Shown here in pieces: positions 10,273-20,195 of a DNA stretch of 42,158 bases. Positions within the stretch are counted from its first letter, which is position 1; each line of letters opens with the position of its first letter. Both the position numbers and the translations under genes were made by a program. The notes under the pieces are model-generated. The model worked only from the letters and a program-made list of their open reading frames with translations, was not told the DNA's origin and did not search any database. This DNA comes from Desulfuromonadales bacterium (GTDB lineage: Bacteria; Desulfobacterota; Desulfuromonadia; Desulfuromonadales; SZUA-540), in assembly GCA_033549025.1 (NCBI GenBank), contig JAWSUS010000026.1, positions 1 through 42,158 on the forward strand, written 5' to 3'.

Positions 10273-10276
10273 AAAT

Positions 10277-11623
10277 CTAATTCACTTTTTTATGAATGTT
10301 GCATTTTATAAATTGGTACTTCCCGGACTCAAGAAATGGTATTTTATTTACAATTTCGTGTTTAACATAAATATTCTTTCCGTAAATTTTTTCCATATTT
10401 TCTGTTTGAATTTTTAAAATTTCATTATTTTTGACTTCGCCTTCTATAAGAATCCTGAATTCGGTGTAACTTTCTTGAATTATCTGTACTCTATTTTTGA
10501 TACCAGAGGCATGAATTACGTTTGGTATTAAAGTTATTGAGGAGATTTTCTTACCATCAGGAGAATAGGTTACATCTGCAATTCTTCCACCAAGTTCTTT
10601 GATTCTTGGTGACCATCTACCGCATGAACATCTTTGTTCTTGAATTTCACCTAGATCCCCTATTTGATAACGAATAAAAGGCATTGTAAAATTTGTCAAA
10701 TCAGTTACCAGTAATTGCTTTTGCCCTTCTCTTGAATCAATGCTTTCTAAATATATATTACTAACGTTAACATGAAGACCTTCGGCTTTATCACATTCTT
10801 GAGCGATTAAACCAACCTCTCTGGTTCGATAGGAGTTGTAAACGGGACAATTAAAGACTTCTTGAATAAAAGTCTTATCTTTTTCACATAGAATCTCCCC
10901 AGTTGTTACAATTCCCCTAAAGTTTGGCATATCAATTGACTTGTTCTTAATATATTCTGACAAACACACCAAAGGCGTAGGAAAAGCTCTAATAAATCCA
11001 ATATTATATTTTCTCATCAACATAATATGCTCTTCCATAATTTTTTCATTCATTTCAAATGCATATAACGCACTAGTTCTTGTTGAAAAATAATTCCTTA
11101 TTTTACTTTTAATTGATTTGTTTATCTTATAATCAAGAGTGGCAGGCCAAACAAGGCTCATCCAATATCCAAATTTGTGTCCCGCTTTTTTATCAAAATA
11201 TTGTATTGAGGCAATCTTTGGTACTAATTCGTCTTTTGTCATACAAAAATTTGTAATAAATCCAGTTGTTCCACCAGAAGAGTATTTTATAATTTCTTTT
11301 TTTTTCAAATTATTTGAAATGAGTTGATTGTAATTTTTAGATATAGTTTCCTTTGTTAAAATGGGTAACTTTAGAATATCTTCTAGGGATTTTATTGATT
11401 CTGGTCTGATCGCAGATTGATCCATTATCTTTCTATAATAGTCAGTATTTTCATAGGCACAACTAACCAATCTTTTTAATTTCTTAAGTTGGTATTTTTG
11501 TATATTTTCAAAAGAAAGTTTTTGTGCATAATCAATTTCTTTAACATATTTATTTATCCCATTAAATCCATCTCTATGTTGGAAATAAGGGTTTAATATT
11601 TTTTCGAAAATTAATTCTTGCAC
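10277..11623 (-). CDS. Phenylacetate-CoA ligase/CapK-family adenylate-forming enzyme
   Basis: LPILTK, SSGGTTG, YRTREVG, PFIRYQIGD, SGK. Very AT-rich gene. Confidence 0.85.
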   Translation of the reverse strand: MQELIFEKILNPYFQHRDGFNGINKYVKEIDYAQKLSFENIQKYQLKKLKRLVSCAYENTDYYRKIMDQSAIRPESIKSLEDILKLPILTKETISKNYNQLISNNLKKKEIIKYSSGGTTGFITNFCMTKDELVPKIASIQYFDKKAGHKFGYWMSLVWPATLDYKINKSIKSKIRNYFSTRTSALYAFEMNEKIMEEHIMLMRKYNIGFIRAFPTPLVCLSEYIKNKSIDMPNFRGIVTTGEILCEKDKTFIQEVFNCPVYNSYRTREVGLIAQECDKAEGLHVNVSNIYLESIDSREGQKQLLVTDLTNFTMPFIRYQIGDLGEIQEQRCSCGRWSPRIKELGGRIADVTYSPDGKKISSITLIPNVIHASGIKNRVQIIQESYTEFRILIEGEVKNNEILKIQTENMEKIYGKNIYVKHEIVNKIPFLESGKYQFIKCNIHKKVN

Positions 11624-12928
11624 TTACCTAACTCCTTTTTTAAATGATTCCAATACATCTCCGTTAACATTTGAATTGTTCAGAATGTTTTCAATACCAA
11701 CAACAAGACCGGCCATCAGAAACCAATACCATATAAATGCACAATGGGAAAAATTGCCGATTACCAGACGGACAAACAGACCGATCTGGACAGCCGAAAG
11801 AATCCACCAATAAAATGATCTTTGGTTTTTCAATTCATCAATCGCTTTTAGCTGTGAAGATCGCCTGAACACAGCGAATATCCAATAGAACCAAACCACA
11901 CTGGCCAAGCCCAGCTCACCCAGGAGTTCTCCATAAAGATTGTGTGAATAGAACCAATAATTGAAGAACTGGCTGCGCGCTTCTGGATACGCCCCTATGC
12001 CAACCCCGAGAAGAGGCCGCTTGATCATCATGGATATACCGTTGACAAGCCCCAGATAGCGGTCGCTGGTGGAACGGTTGGCGAACACCCCGTCACCAAT
12101 TGTTGCAATACGACTAGTAAAATCATCTCCGGAAGCCATCAGGCAGACCCCGAGAAATATCCCGGCCAGAAGAAAACCCTTCGCCCTGTTTTTTGAAATC
12201 CACGCCAGCCCAAATCCGACACTGGCCAGTCCGACAAAACCTCCCCGTGATTTGGTCAGGATCACTCCAATTACCAGAAAAACGGCCATTGCATAAATGA
12301 GCTTTTGGGACCAGTGCCCCTTTTGAGCCATGCCCCACAACACAACCAGGGGAAGCATTTGCACAAGCGTATTGGCCAGGGCAACATGACCGGTAGCAAC
12401 ACCAAAGCGGCCGACGGCAACGTCGCCATATCCCTGTTCATTAACCACACCCCTGAAATAATTGGTCACTGGTTCGTAGGCTATCCAGCAGGTCACTAAA
12501 CCAACCCCCCACAGGAGAATCCGAAGATCCTTTTCTTCTCGCACGGACGCGACCACCATGACGTAAAAACAGGTCATTTTAAGCAGATTATAGCCACCAA
12601 GATCCCAGGAGACGCTGGGGCTGACCGATTGAACTACCGAAACCATTCCTACGAAAAAAAGAAGCCAAAGGCTTTTATTCAGGCGATTTTTTCCCGAAAG
12701 AGCATCTGAAAAACGCCCCCCGGCAACCGGAATACTCGCCAGAACAACCAAGGCGGCGACCAGTTCAAAACGTATGGCACCCAGTACCGGGTACATATCG
12801 CCAAGTTTGGCATTGAGTATGACAAAGTAAGCGACGACACCAAACACGCTGCGCTTAAAACTCATCACGAGAAGAACAACGCAGGCGACCGGGAGTATGA
12901 TTTGTATCTGTTCGGCAGCTGGGAGCAT
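11624..12928 (-). CDS. O-antigen ligase/Wzy polymerase-family membrane protein
   Basis: Multiple TM segments, TKSRGG, PLLGVGIG, SHNLY. Confidence 0.85.
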   Translation of the reverse strand: MLPAAEQIQIILPVACVVLLVMSFKRSVFGVVAYFVILNAKLGDMYPVLGAIRFELVAALVVLASIPVAGGRFSDALSGKNRLNKSLWLLFFVGMVSVVQSVSPSVSWDLGGYNLLKMTCFYVMVVASVREEKDLRILLWGVGLVTCWIAYEPVTNYFRGVVNEQGYGDVAVGRFGVATGHVALANTLVQMLPLVVLWGMAQKGHWSQKLIYAMAVFLVIGVILTKSRGGFVGLASVGFGLAWISKNRAKGFLLAGIFLGVCLMASGDDFTSRIATIGDGVFANRSTSDRYLGLVNGISMMIKRPLLGVGIGAYPEARSQFFNYWFYSHNLYGELLGELGLASVVWFYWIFAVFRRSSQLKAIDELKNQRSFYWWILSAVQIGLFVRLVIGNFSHCAFIWYWFLMAGLVVGIENILNNSNVNGDVLESFKKGVR

Positions 12929-12950
12929 GGCAACCTGAGGCTTAGGGTTT

Positions 12951-14429
12951 TCAACTCTTCATAAACAACGGGAGCTTGGGTCGAATAAAGCCCAAAACCT
13001 TTTCCTTCTCTTCAGGGTTGAAAAATTGAAGCACATAAAGAAGAAACGGGAAAACAAGAGTCAAAAGAAAATGGGCAGATAGGGCAAACAGAATATTGGT
13101 CGGTTCAATGAATTGCGATGCACCAAACAAGGTGACTGCAGCACCGACAATTTTACTGATGCGACGGAATTCGAAATAAATCCGATAGAAGCGGCTACTG
13201 AAATAATAGGTCAGGCCCACCCTGAAGATCATCGACGCCAGATTAGCAACGGCCGCCCCCACCACGCCATAAGTGGGAATCAGCAGAAAATTCATGACGA
13301 TGACAAAGCAGGCGTTGGCAATATTGATGGCGGCAAGATGTTTGGATTTCTTTTCGAGCCATAACCCCATATCAAAATGGTATTGGAGAGAGAGGACGAT
13401 GGACGATAGAACGATAATCGGCACAATGGATCCTGCCGGCCAGAACTCAGGTGTTGCCATCAGACGTATAATATCTGGCGCCAAAACTGACACCATCAAC
13501 CCGCCAAAAGCCATGATCAGCAGAAAATAGGTAAAGACCTTTCCAAATATCTTTTCGGAATGTTCTGCCTTGTACATTTCAAAGCGTCGAGGTTGCCACG
13601 CCTGGTTGAAGGGCACCGAGATAAAATTACTGGGGATATTTCCGAAACGGCTTCCCAGGGAGTAAAGTCCGGCATCAGCAATAGAACAGTACCCTTTGAG
13701 AAAGAACCTGCTTGAGAGATGAACCACAAAATTGGCTAAGTTTCCCGGGATCAGGGGAAGTCCGAATGAGAGCATTTCCCGAAAATGTGCATAGCTGAAA
13801 TGCACTCCGACCTGAAACAAAAGGGGCCAAATCAGCAGTAAATTCATGATCAGCGCTGTGATAAGTGTGCTCAGCAGGATGCCGACAACCCCTACTTTTA
13901 GCCAGCAAATGAAATAAATATTCAGGGCAATAGCGAGTACCAATCTGAGCAAGGAATATCCGACAAACTTATAGGCTTTATGTTGAATCCTTAAATAAAG
14001 AAGACCTACATTATTAACGCTTTGAAAAACCAGAGAGAGCAGCCCGATGATAAAAAAGTGGTACAGCGATGCTGAATCCAGGAGGTAGAATGCCAAACGT
14101 CCGGAGGCCAGGGACAGCCCCCCAAAAGCAAGGAACCCCAAAAAGAAAAGTGCCGTAATGGAGGTGGAAAGAAAAAGACGACGGTCTTTTTCATTGTCGT
14201 ATTGAAAATAAAACCGGAATACCGCTCCACTGATCCCGGTGGAGACAAGAATACCCACTACCTCAAGAGAAAGACCGACAAGCTCCTTGATGCCGTAATC
14301 GTAAGGCGTCAGATAGCGGGTATAAATCGGCAGGAGAAGAAAGGCAGCAATTCCATTGAGGAGGGTGCCTGCTCCATAGATGGCGCTATTTTTAGCCAGA
14401 AGTCTGGACTCTTTTTCCACCGATGCCAT
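12951..14429 (-). CDS. wzx: Oligosaccharide flippase (Wzx/MOP family)
   Basis: LLPIYTRYL..DYG, many TM segments, FGLP, LIP.YG..GAA. Confidence 0.88.
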   Translation of the reverse strand: MASVEKESRLLAKNSAIYGAGTLLNGIAAFLLLPIYTRYLTPYDYGIKELVGLSLEVVGILVSTGISGAVFRFYFQYDNEKDRRLFLSTSITALFFLGFLAFGGLSLASGRLAFYLLDSASLYHFFIIGLLSLVFQSVNNVGLLYLRIQHKAYKFVGYSLLRLVLAIALNIYFICWLKVGVVGILLSTLITALIMNLLLIWPLLFQVGVHFSYAHFREMLSFGLPLIPGNLANFVVHLSSRFFLKGYCSIADAGLYSLGSRFGNIPSNFISVPFNQAWQPRRFEMYKAEHSEKIFGKVFTYFLLIMAFGGLMVSVLAPDIIRLMATPEFWPAGSIVPIIVLSSIVLSLQYHFDMGLWLEKKSKHLAAINIANACFVIVMNFLLIPTYGVVGAAVANLASMIFRVGLTYYFSSRFYRIYFEFRRISKIVGAAVTLFGASQFIEPTNILFALSAHFLLTLVFPFLLYVLQFFNPEEKEKVLGFIRPKLPLFMKS

Positions 14430-15829
14430 CAGACGTTCTTTGCCTCCATGAGCCGTTGAGGATGAACCGCCTCAACCAAACAGTCGGTGAGTTCCTTTGT
14501 CAGAGTATGCGCATGATAGTTTTTAACGACCGCCTCAGCCGGCTGAAAGACTGTTTCATCATTGACTTTAAAAGCTCTAAATTGCGCCTCGATAATTTCG
14601 GCAACCTCTTCAGGTGAGATTCGAGAGATCACATAGCCCGTTTTGGAGGACCGGATAAGTTTTGCCGCCTCCCCTTCCGGAACCAGCGCGAGAATATTTT
14701 TGCGGCAGAGAAAGTAGTCGAAAATTTTCGAGGTAAGAATGCCTTCGCTTCCAGGGTTGAAACCGATGATTAACAGGAGCAGATGCGCACCCAGGTTGTA
14801 TCTCATGGCTTCGCTTTTTGGAACAAACCCCACCAGTCGGACAAGATTCTCTACCCCTCTTTCCGCAATCTTTTTTCGCAACTCATCGCTGGTGCTTCCG
14901 ACAAACAAAGTCTGGAATTGATCATCCAGATTGTCATGCGGATAGTGGTCCCGCCAGTATTTCAGCCCATCGAGAAACAAGTCCGGCTGACGATAGGCGT
15001 AAAAGGCACCGGTATAGACCACGGTAAACTTATCTTGCTGCAACGGCTCGAGATTTTTGACGTCATCTGGATCGAAACCATTTGTAATCGTTTCGAATTT
15101 TTCAAAATCCAGGTTGGGATACCGCTTTCTTGCTGCGTCCCGATAGAGATCGGATACCATGATCACTTTGGTTGCCCGTTGAAAGATCCAGCCCTCAATT
15201 CGAAGTGCCTGGCGTTCAAGGAAAACGGATTCGAAGCATTGCTCGGTAAAGTTATCCGCATCTCCCCAAGCGTCTCTAAAATCAGCGACCCAGGGTTTGC
15301 GGAAAAGCCAGGAAAGGATCAAGGCGGAAAGATGGGCGGAATGGGGTGGGCTGGTCGAGTAGATAACCGTCGGTTTTTCTTTGGCCATCACCAGGATTCC
15401 TCGGGCAACAGCAAAAGGTACCCAGAAGATCATGTGATCGGGGAAAGAGACCACGCGGAGGATAAGGTCTTTGATCCTTCTGGCCCACCCTGCTTGAGGG
15501 ATGCTGTTCCCTGAAGGACCCGCGTTCCCCTTGACCAGATTGCTTTTACCCTTTTTGTCTTTCGCAGATTTTTGCCTGCGCCAAAGCCAGCGAACAGGGT
15601 CTATGGTTGCTGTCCGGTATATTCTGGCTTCCGGAGGTATCTGATCCAGCAGAGAAGGATCCCTCTCAAGGTCAGGGCATTCCTTGAGCGTCAGAACCAG
15701 GGGCTGCCACCCTAGGCCCGGAAGATTTTTAACGAACCTCAAGGTTCGGTATACCCCCGCATAGGGCATTGGCGGAAAAGCATAGGCAATCATCAGGACC
15801 TTATTCGTTAAATTCATTCTTCTTCTCAC
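14429..15829 (-). CDS. Glycosyltransferase family 4 (start may be 15817)
   Basis: YAFPP, STSPP, ADFRD, ITNGFD, SKIFDY. Confidence 0.88.
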   Translation of the reverse strand: MRRRMNLTNKVLMIAYAFPPMPYAGVYRTLRFVKNLPGLGWQPLVLTLKECPDLERDPSLLDQIPPEARIYRTATIDPVRWLWRRQKSAKDKKGKSNLVKGNAGPSGNSIPQAGWARRIKDLILRVVSFPDHMIFWVPFAVARGILVMAKEKPTVIYSTSPPHSAHLSALILSWLFRKPWVADFRDAWGDADNFTEQCFESVFLERQALRIEGWIFQRATKVIMVSDLYRDAARKRYPNLDFEKFETITNGFDPDDVKNLEPLQQDKFTVVYTGAFYAYRQPDLFLDGLKYWRDHYPHDNLDDQFQTLFVGSTSDELRKKIAERGVENLVRLVGFVPKSEAMRYNLGAHLLLLIIGFNPGSEGILTSKIFDYFLCRKNILALVPEGEAAKLIRSSKTGYVISRISPEEVAEIIEAQFRAFKVNDETVFQPAEAVVKNYHAHTLTKELTDCLVEAVHPQRLMEAKNV

Positions 15830-15832
15830 CTG

Positions 15833-17236
15833 TCATTCCCACTGGCTGCTCCATCGACAAGCCACTTCATTGCAGGTCAAAAATTCAAAACCCGACGCCT
15901 GAAGGAGGTCAAGACTATTTTCGTAAACCTGTTTCCAGGGCCCAGTACCATTAGCGAAAAAGGAATTGTGCCAGTTGAACACGATCACCCCGTTCAGAGA
16001 CTGTACGTTTTCAATAAGTCTACGAATCTTGTTTTCCCCTTGTTCCGGTGTCAATTTCTGGTAGTCGGCAAGAGTCCCGTCCATAAGAGTCATGGGAATC
16101 TCCCAGATATCGATCTCTTTGCGTGTCACGGGATCAAAAGGCTTAAAGGGTGTACACACACCGCACCGAAACCCTTCCTGTTCGGCATAACCTAAAGTCG
16201 AGTCGTAAAGAAAACCGGCTTCCTGTCTAATCCGGTAAGAACCGATGAAATCGAAGCGCAGAAAGTGGCTTCTCGTACCGACAGGTTCAACCCCCGTAAG
16301 ATCGCGGACCTTATCCCTTTCGACTTGTGTTAGAAGGGCATTATTGAACCCTTCATAGCCGGGGTGCAAAGCGAGCTCATGCCCCTCATCACGCAGCATT
16401 CGCAATCTTTTACTGTATTTTGAAAGATCGAGTCCCCAGCGGTTTTCACGACTCATCAGAAGAAAATAGGTACTCCTGATCTGCCGCGTGCTTTCCTGGT
16501 GATTGAAGTAACTAAAGGTATCGTAGGGATCATCACACAACCCCAGACAGGTTCGTACGGCATTACCGAATCGCCCCGGGGTATAACCGTTTTTTCTGCC
16601 CAAAATGGATTTGAACTTCATGGAAGCTTCATTGAAAAACTTTTTATAGTAAAAGGGAATATCTATGTCGTGGCTTATCACGGCAATGGGGCGGTTCTGC
16701 CGGAATTCGACCTTTTGATTGAAAACAGCAGCCAGCAAGTCAGCCAATTTGCGGATCCATATGTTAATTACTGGTGAGGTGATGCCAAGTCCCTGTCGAC
16801 TATCGTTCGCCCAGGGGAATCTGCCATGACGGTCTCTGTGTCCCTCTGAAAATATTTCCTCATAGCGGGTAATCAAGAAAATGATGCCGAAAAAAAGATC
16901 CGCCTCAACAGCCCTTTTTTCATAAGACCAGGTTTCTGGTTCTTGAAGACGGGCAAAGAGGTTGGTGATGACCTCATTTCTAATGGCATTTTTCTGCAGA
17001 TAGAAGTTCCAGCAGATATCATCCGGTTGAATTCTTACAAAAGCCCCCGCCCTCTCCTCCGTATTTTTTTTGGCCCCATAGAAAATGGTGGGAAATCCAC
17101 TATGCATGGATTGGTCCGGTGTTTTCAGGAGAAATTCAACCTGAAGGATGCTGCCCAAGAGCCGGCAGAGATACCCAACCTCAGGACGAAGCTCCGGGTT
17201 ATCAATCCCTATATAAACTTTCAGCCTGTTTTCCAT
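15833..17236 (-). CDS. Polysaccharide deacetylase-family (CE4-like) protein
   Basis: SHDID, HELALH, RSHFLRF, YDST, EIPMTLMD, WHN. Confidence 0.82.
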   Translation of the reverse strand: MENRLKVYIGIDNPELRPEVGYLCRLLGSILQVEFLLKTPDQSMHSGFPTIFYGAKKNTEERAGAFVRIQPDDICWNFYLQKNAIRNEVITNLFARLQEPETWSYEKRAVEADLFFGIIFLITRYEEIFSEGHRDRHGRFPWANDSRQGLGITSPVINIWIRKLADLLAAVFNQKVEFRQNRPIAVISHDIDIPFYYKKFFNEASMKFKSILGRKNGYTPGRFGNAVRTCLGLCDDPYDTFSYFNHQESTRQIRSTYFLLMSRENRWGLDLSKYSKRLRMLRDEGHELALHPGYEGFNNALLTQVERDKVRDLTGVEPVGTRSHFLRFDFIGSYRIRQEAGFLYDSTLGYAEQEGFRCGVCTPFKPFDPVTRKEIDIWEIPMTLMDGTLADYQKLTPEQGENKIRRLIENVQSLNGVIVFNWHNSFFANGTGPWKQVYENSLDLLQASGFEFLTCNEVACRWSSQWE

Positions 17237-17252
17237 GAATCCCGATCTCTAA

Positions 17253-17798
17253 TCATGAGGCTTTGGATGAATATTTGAAGCACAGACAGGGCCCGTACTT
17301 CGGCCTTAAAGCCACAAACCGAAACTTTTCAGCAAATCCGATCTTGCGCATCCCCCTCATGGCGATTTCGTTTTCCACCTCTATGTCGGTATAAATCTTT
17401 TCCGCTTCCTTACTTAAAGAATCCCTAATCAACCAGGTCGCCATCAGCAACTGAAGCCCACGTCCACGCATTTCTTTGACAACATGAGCAAAATGAATAT
17501 GGGAAAACCGACCAATCAGGGGGACGTATCCATCTGCTTTTACCGTTTTAGGGGAATCATAGAGTCGGCTCCACATGTATCCGACAACCTTTTCCTTATT
17601 TCGCGCAAAAACTCCAACATGACCACGTTGCAGTTTTTCTTTGAATACCGGCACCTTACCTTCTGGAAAAGAGTGGATCACATCGAAAACATTTTCCGGT
17701 GTGATCCTTTCAATCGTCACCGGCCCGAATGTTTTATCAAAAGGTTTGAAACGATCTGCGTCAAGATCATAGACAACGTATTTTTTGAGGTTGAACAT
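17253..17798 (-). CDS. GNAT-family N-acyltransferase
   Basis: RGRGL acetyl-CoA motif, N..A....K.GF. Confidence 0.8.
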   Translation of the reverse strand: MFNLKKYVVYDLDADRFKPFDKTFGPVTIERITPENVFDVIHSFPEGKVPVFKEKLQRGHVGVFARNKEKVVGYMWSRLYDSPKTVKADGYVPLIGRFSHIHFAHVVKEMRGRGLQLLMATWLIRDSLSKEAEKIYTDIEVENEIAMRGMRKIGFAEKFRFVALRPKYGPCLCFKYSSKAS

Positions 17799-17821
17799 AA
17801 CGAGGAACTCCCTCCACCTGC

Positions 17822-18811
17822 TTATCGCCCCAGAAGAGTTTTTACTCCCGCCCGAATCTTCTGGCCGGTGGTCTTTTGCCGACTTATCTGAAAATACGGT
17901 TTCTGACGACCGCCAAAAGCTCTGAAAAATGTTTCGATATTTTTCACAACAGACCCTTCGAAATCGAAGGAATCTGCTACTGAAGATACAGCCTTCATCC
18001 CTTCAAAAAGCCCGAATGCTGAAGCTCCACTGTTACGAAGTTCGGGGTTGCCTCCACCCATCAGGTAATAAGCATAATTATTGTCAAACACCAGATAGAT
18101 GCCCGCATGGACCCTTCTCTGCGGGTCAATCACTAAAAACATGCGTCTTTTATCAAGTTTTCCCAACTTGTCGTCAAACCTTGAAAAGAAAGGGAATTGA
18201 ACGGGAGCCTCCATATTTTGCCGGGAGAAGGTACTTTTGTATGTTTCCCAGAATACATCTGGCGCGGAACGCTCTTCGACAAGGGAAAGACCCAATCGAT
18301 ATGCCTTATTGATGTCGCTTCGAATGTTTTTGGCCAATCCCCGCCATAACTGTTCTGTATCCTTTATATTTTCAAGAACATAGGTATAACGGGTGGTCTG
18401 CCGGTAACCCCGCCACATAAAAGGCATCCAGTTCTGAAAATTGTAGTGGAAATTCTGGCCGAAGAAGTCAAGATTACCAAGAGCATCAACAAGGCATTCA
18501 ATGATTCTTTTTTCCTCGCTGATTCTTTCGGTATATGCCAGATCGAAAGGTCTCAAGAGAATTCCCAGTGTCTGAGTCAAGGGCGGCATTCCATATCCTC
18601 TGGCAAACCGCCCCCTTTTTTGGATCAAGGGGATCCCTCCGACCAGAGATCCATTTCGGTAAGCGACCATAATGGAATATCCTCCCGGGGCAACAGCATC
18701 CAACCACCACGATTTGCAGAAGATGCACCCTTGAGGAGAGATGTCCACGAAGCGGTCCCAAGCCTCATAGTATTCTTCACCCAGGATTTCGACCTGATAT
18801 TTCCCAGCCAT
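17822..18811 (-). CDS. FemAB-like/tandem-GNAT acyl- or aminoacyltransferase
   Basis: WD.FV, WWLD, TTRYTY, FDFEGS, FF.AFGG. Confidence 0.8.
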   Translation of the reverse strand: MAGKYQVEILGEEYYEAWDRFVDISPQGCIFCKSWWLDAVAPGGYSIMVAYRNGSLVGGIPLIQKRGRFARGYGMPPLTQTLGILLRPFDLAYTERISEEKRIIECLVDALGNLDFFGQNFHYNFQNWMPFMWRGYRQTTRYTYVLENIKDTEQLWRGLAKNIRSDINKAYRLGLSLVEERSAPDVFWETYKSTFSRQNMEAPVQFPFFSRFDDKLGKLDKRRMFLVIDPQRRVHAGIYLVFDNNYAYYLMGGGNPELRNSGASAFGLFEGMKAVSSVADSFDFEGSVVKNIETFFRAFGGRQKPYFQISRQKTTGQKIRAGVKTLLGR

Positions 18812-18833
18812 AAGTTGACCTCACTGGCACTCT

Positions 18834-20174
18834 TCAGGTAACCATCCGATGTTTTTCTGGATTCATGGCCCCAACTCCTTCAGCATGACAGGCATTTAAA
18901 AATAAACCGAAAGGCCCATGTTTAATGGATGCATCATTAAGGTTCCAGAGAGCTTTGTCCTGAGACTCCATTTTGGTCAAAGGAAGAAGAACATTCTGGG
19001 TAGCCACATAATCCAGAGCTACCGGATCCCGGCCAGCCAGAATGGTCTTGGGATACGCACTTTTGTCCGGTCGGGTTCGGGAGCCGTATCCAACCCAATG
19101 GGCCGTGATAATATTGAGATCCGCCATGCGAACCTCTTTCATGAACCGTCCCAGAACGGCTCCGGTGTGATAAAAATATTTCCAGTTGTACTCGCGTACC
19201 GCCTTTTGTACCCTCCAATGCAAATGCTTCTGAAAGGGCAGCTTGAGATCCCTCAATCCTATGAAGTGGGTGTTGTGATATCCTTGGGGAACGCTCCCCT
19301 GGTGACCACAGGTCATGTCGACGATTCCCATGTAGTTTTTGACCGAGGCCGTGACACCGCAGTATCGGCCATGATGATTGATCGCTGAAAAATTGATAAA
19401 TTTCACGGGCTGGCCCGTATACCGGCCATCTTTCCAGGCACCTTTCTTAAAATCGATCGTCACCCCGCTGTAGGCCGAGGTAAATACGGGGTAGGTCATC
19501 ATGCACTTTCGTCCCAGAGGGCTCGAATAAACCAGATCCTCCCGCCATACGTAGCCGTCGCCTTCCCCAGGACCACTCACGATTTTGGATTCGCGGCTCG
19601 CATCTCCCTCGAGGGGATTGGGATTAGGGCCAGCACAACTCCAGTGGTATTTGGTTACCTGGGGATAGCCCGATTTTTGGAAGTGTTCAACGAGTTCATT
19701 GTAATTGAAAGCTCCATTTCGCTTTTCTGTCACCCACCCCCTGGAATTTGGCTCAGCATATTGGTGGTTTTCAGCGATGATGATTTCACCGCGGAAACCA
19801 GGGATGGAAAGAACAGCGTCAATAAAGGCCTTCATCGCATCGGTATTGGTCATTCCCTGCCCCCACCACTGGGCATTGGGCTTGAGGATGACGATATCCT
19901 CAGGGTCGATGAGACTTTCAATGCCGCCAAGCAGGGAGAGCACCCTTATCATATTCTTTTCTGCATCCTCTCCCTGGGCCATATATATTCGGGAAAATCC
20001 ATCCGGATCCACACCTAGATTGGTTCTCTCCGACACTTCTGTTCCTGGTGATGATGGCCTGTCATTACGCAACTTGGCCCATGCTTGCTCTGATCTCCCC
20101 AAACCTGGAATGCGCTTTGTGAGAAAAAAGGCCCCTATACAAGCCATAACCTTCAAAAAAGTTCTTTTGTTCAT
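18834..20174 (-). CDS. DUF362-domain protein with Tat-like signal peptide
   Basis: N-terminal NKRTFLK + hydrophobic + AWA. VILKPN, HH...GVT.SVKNYMG and DPVALD motifs. Confidence 0.75.
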   Translation of the reverse strand: MNKRTFLKVMACIGAFFLTKRIPGLGRSEQAWAKLRNDRPSSPGTEVSERTNLGVDPDGFSRIYMAQGEDAEKNMIRVLSLLGGIESLIDPEDIVILKPNAQWWGQGMTNTDAMKAFIDAVLSIPGFRGEIIIAENHQYAEPNSRGWVTEKRNGAFNYNELVEHFQKSGYPQVTKYHWSCAGPNPNPLEGDASRESKIVSGPGEGDGYVWREDLVYSSPLGRKCMMTYPVFTSAYSGVTIDFKKGAWKDGRYTGQPVKFINFSAINHHGRYCGVTASVKNYMGIVDMTCGHQGSVPQGYHNTHFIGLRDLKLPFQKHLHWRVQKAVREYNWKYFYHTGAVLGRFMKEVRMADLNIITAHWVGYGSRTRPDKSAYPKTILAGRDPVALDYVATQNVLLPLTKMESQDKALWNLNDASIKHGPFGLFLNACHAEGVGAMNPEKHRMVT

Positions 20175-20195
20175 GCGAAAAACCCTCTGTTTACA

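Noticed and set aside
14783..15514. 243-aa plus-strand ORF, and other long plus-strand ORFs such as 31649-32332, 33936-34679 and 40761-41516
   Set aside because: Antisense shadows of well-supported minus-strand genes, with no recognisable motifs.
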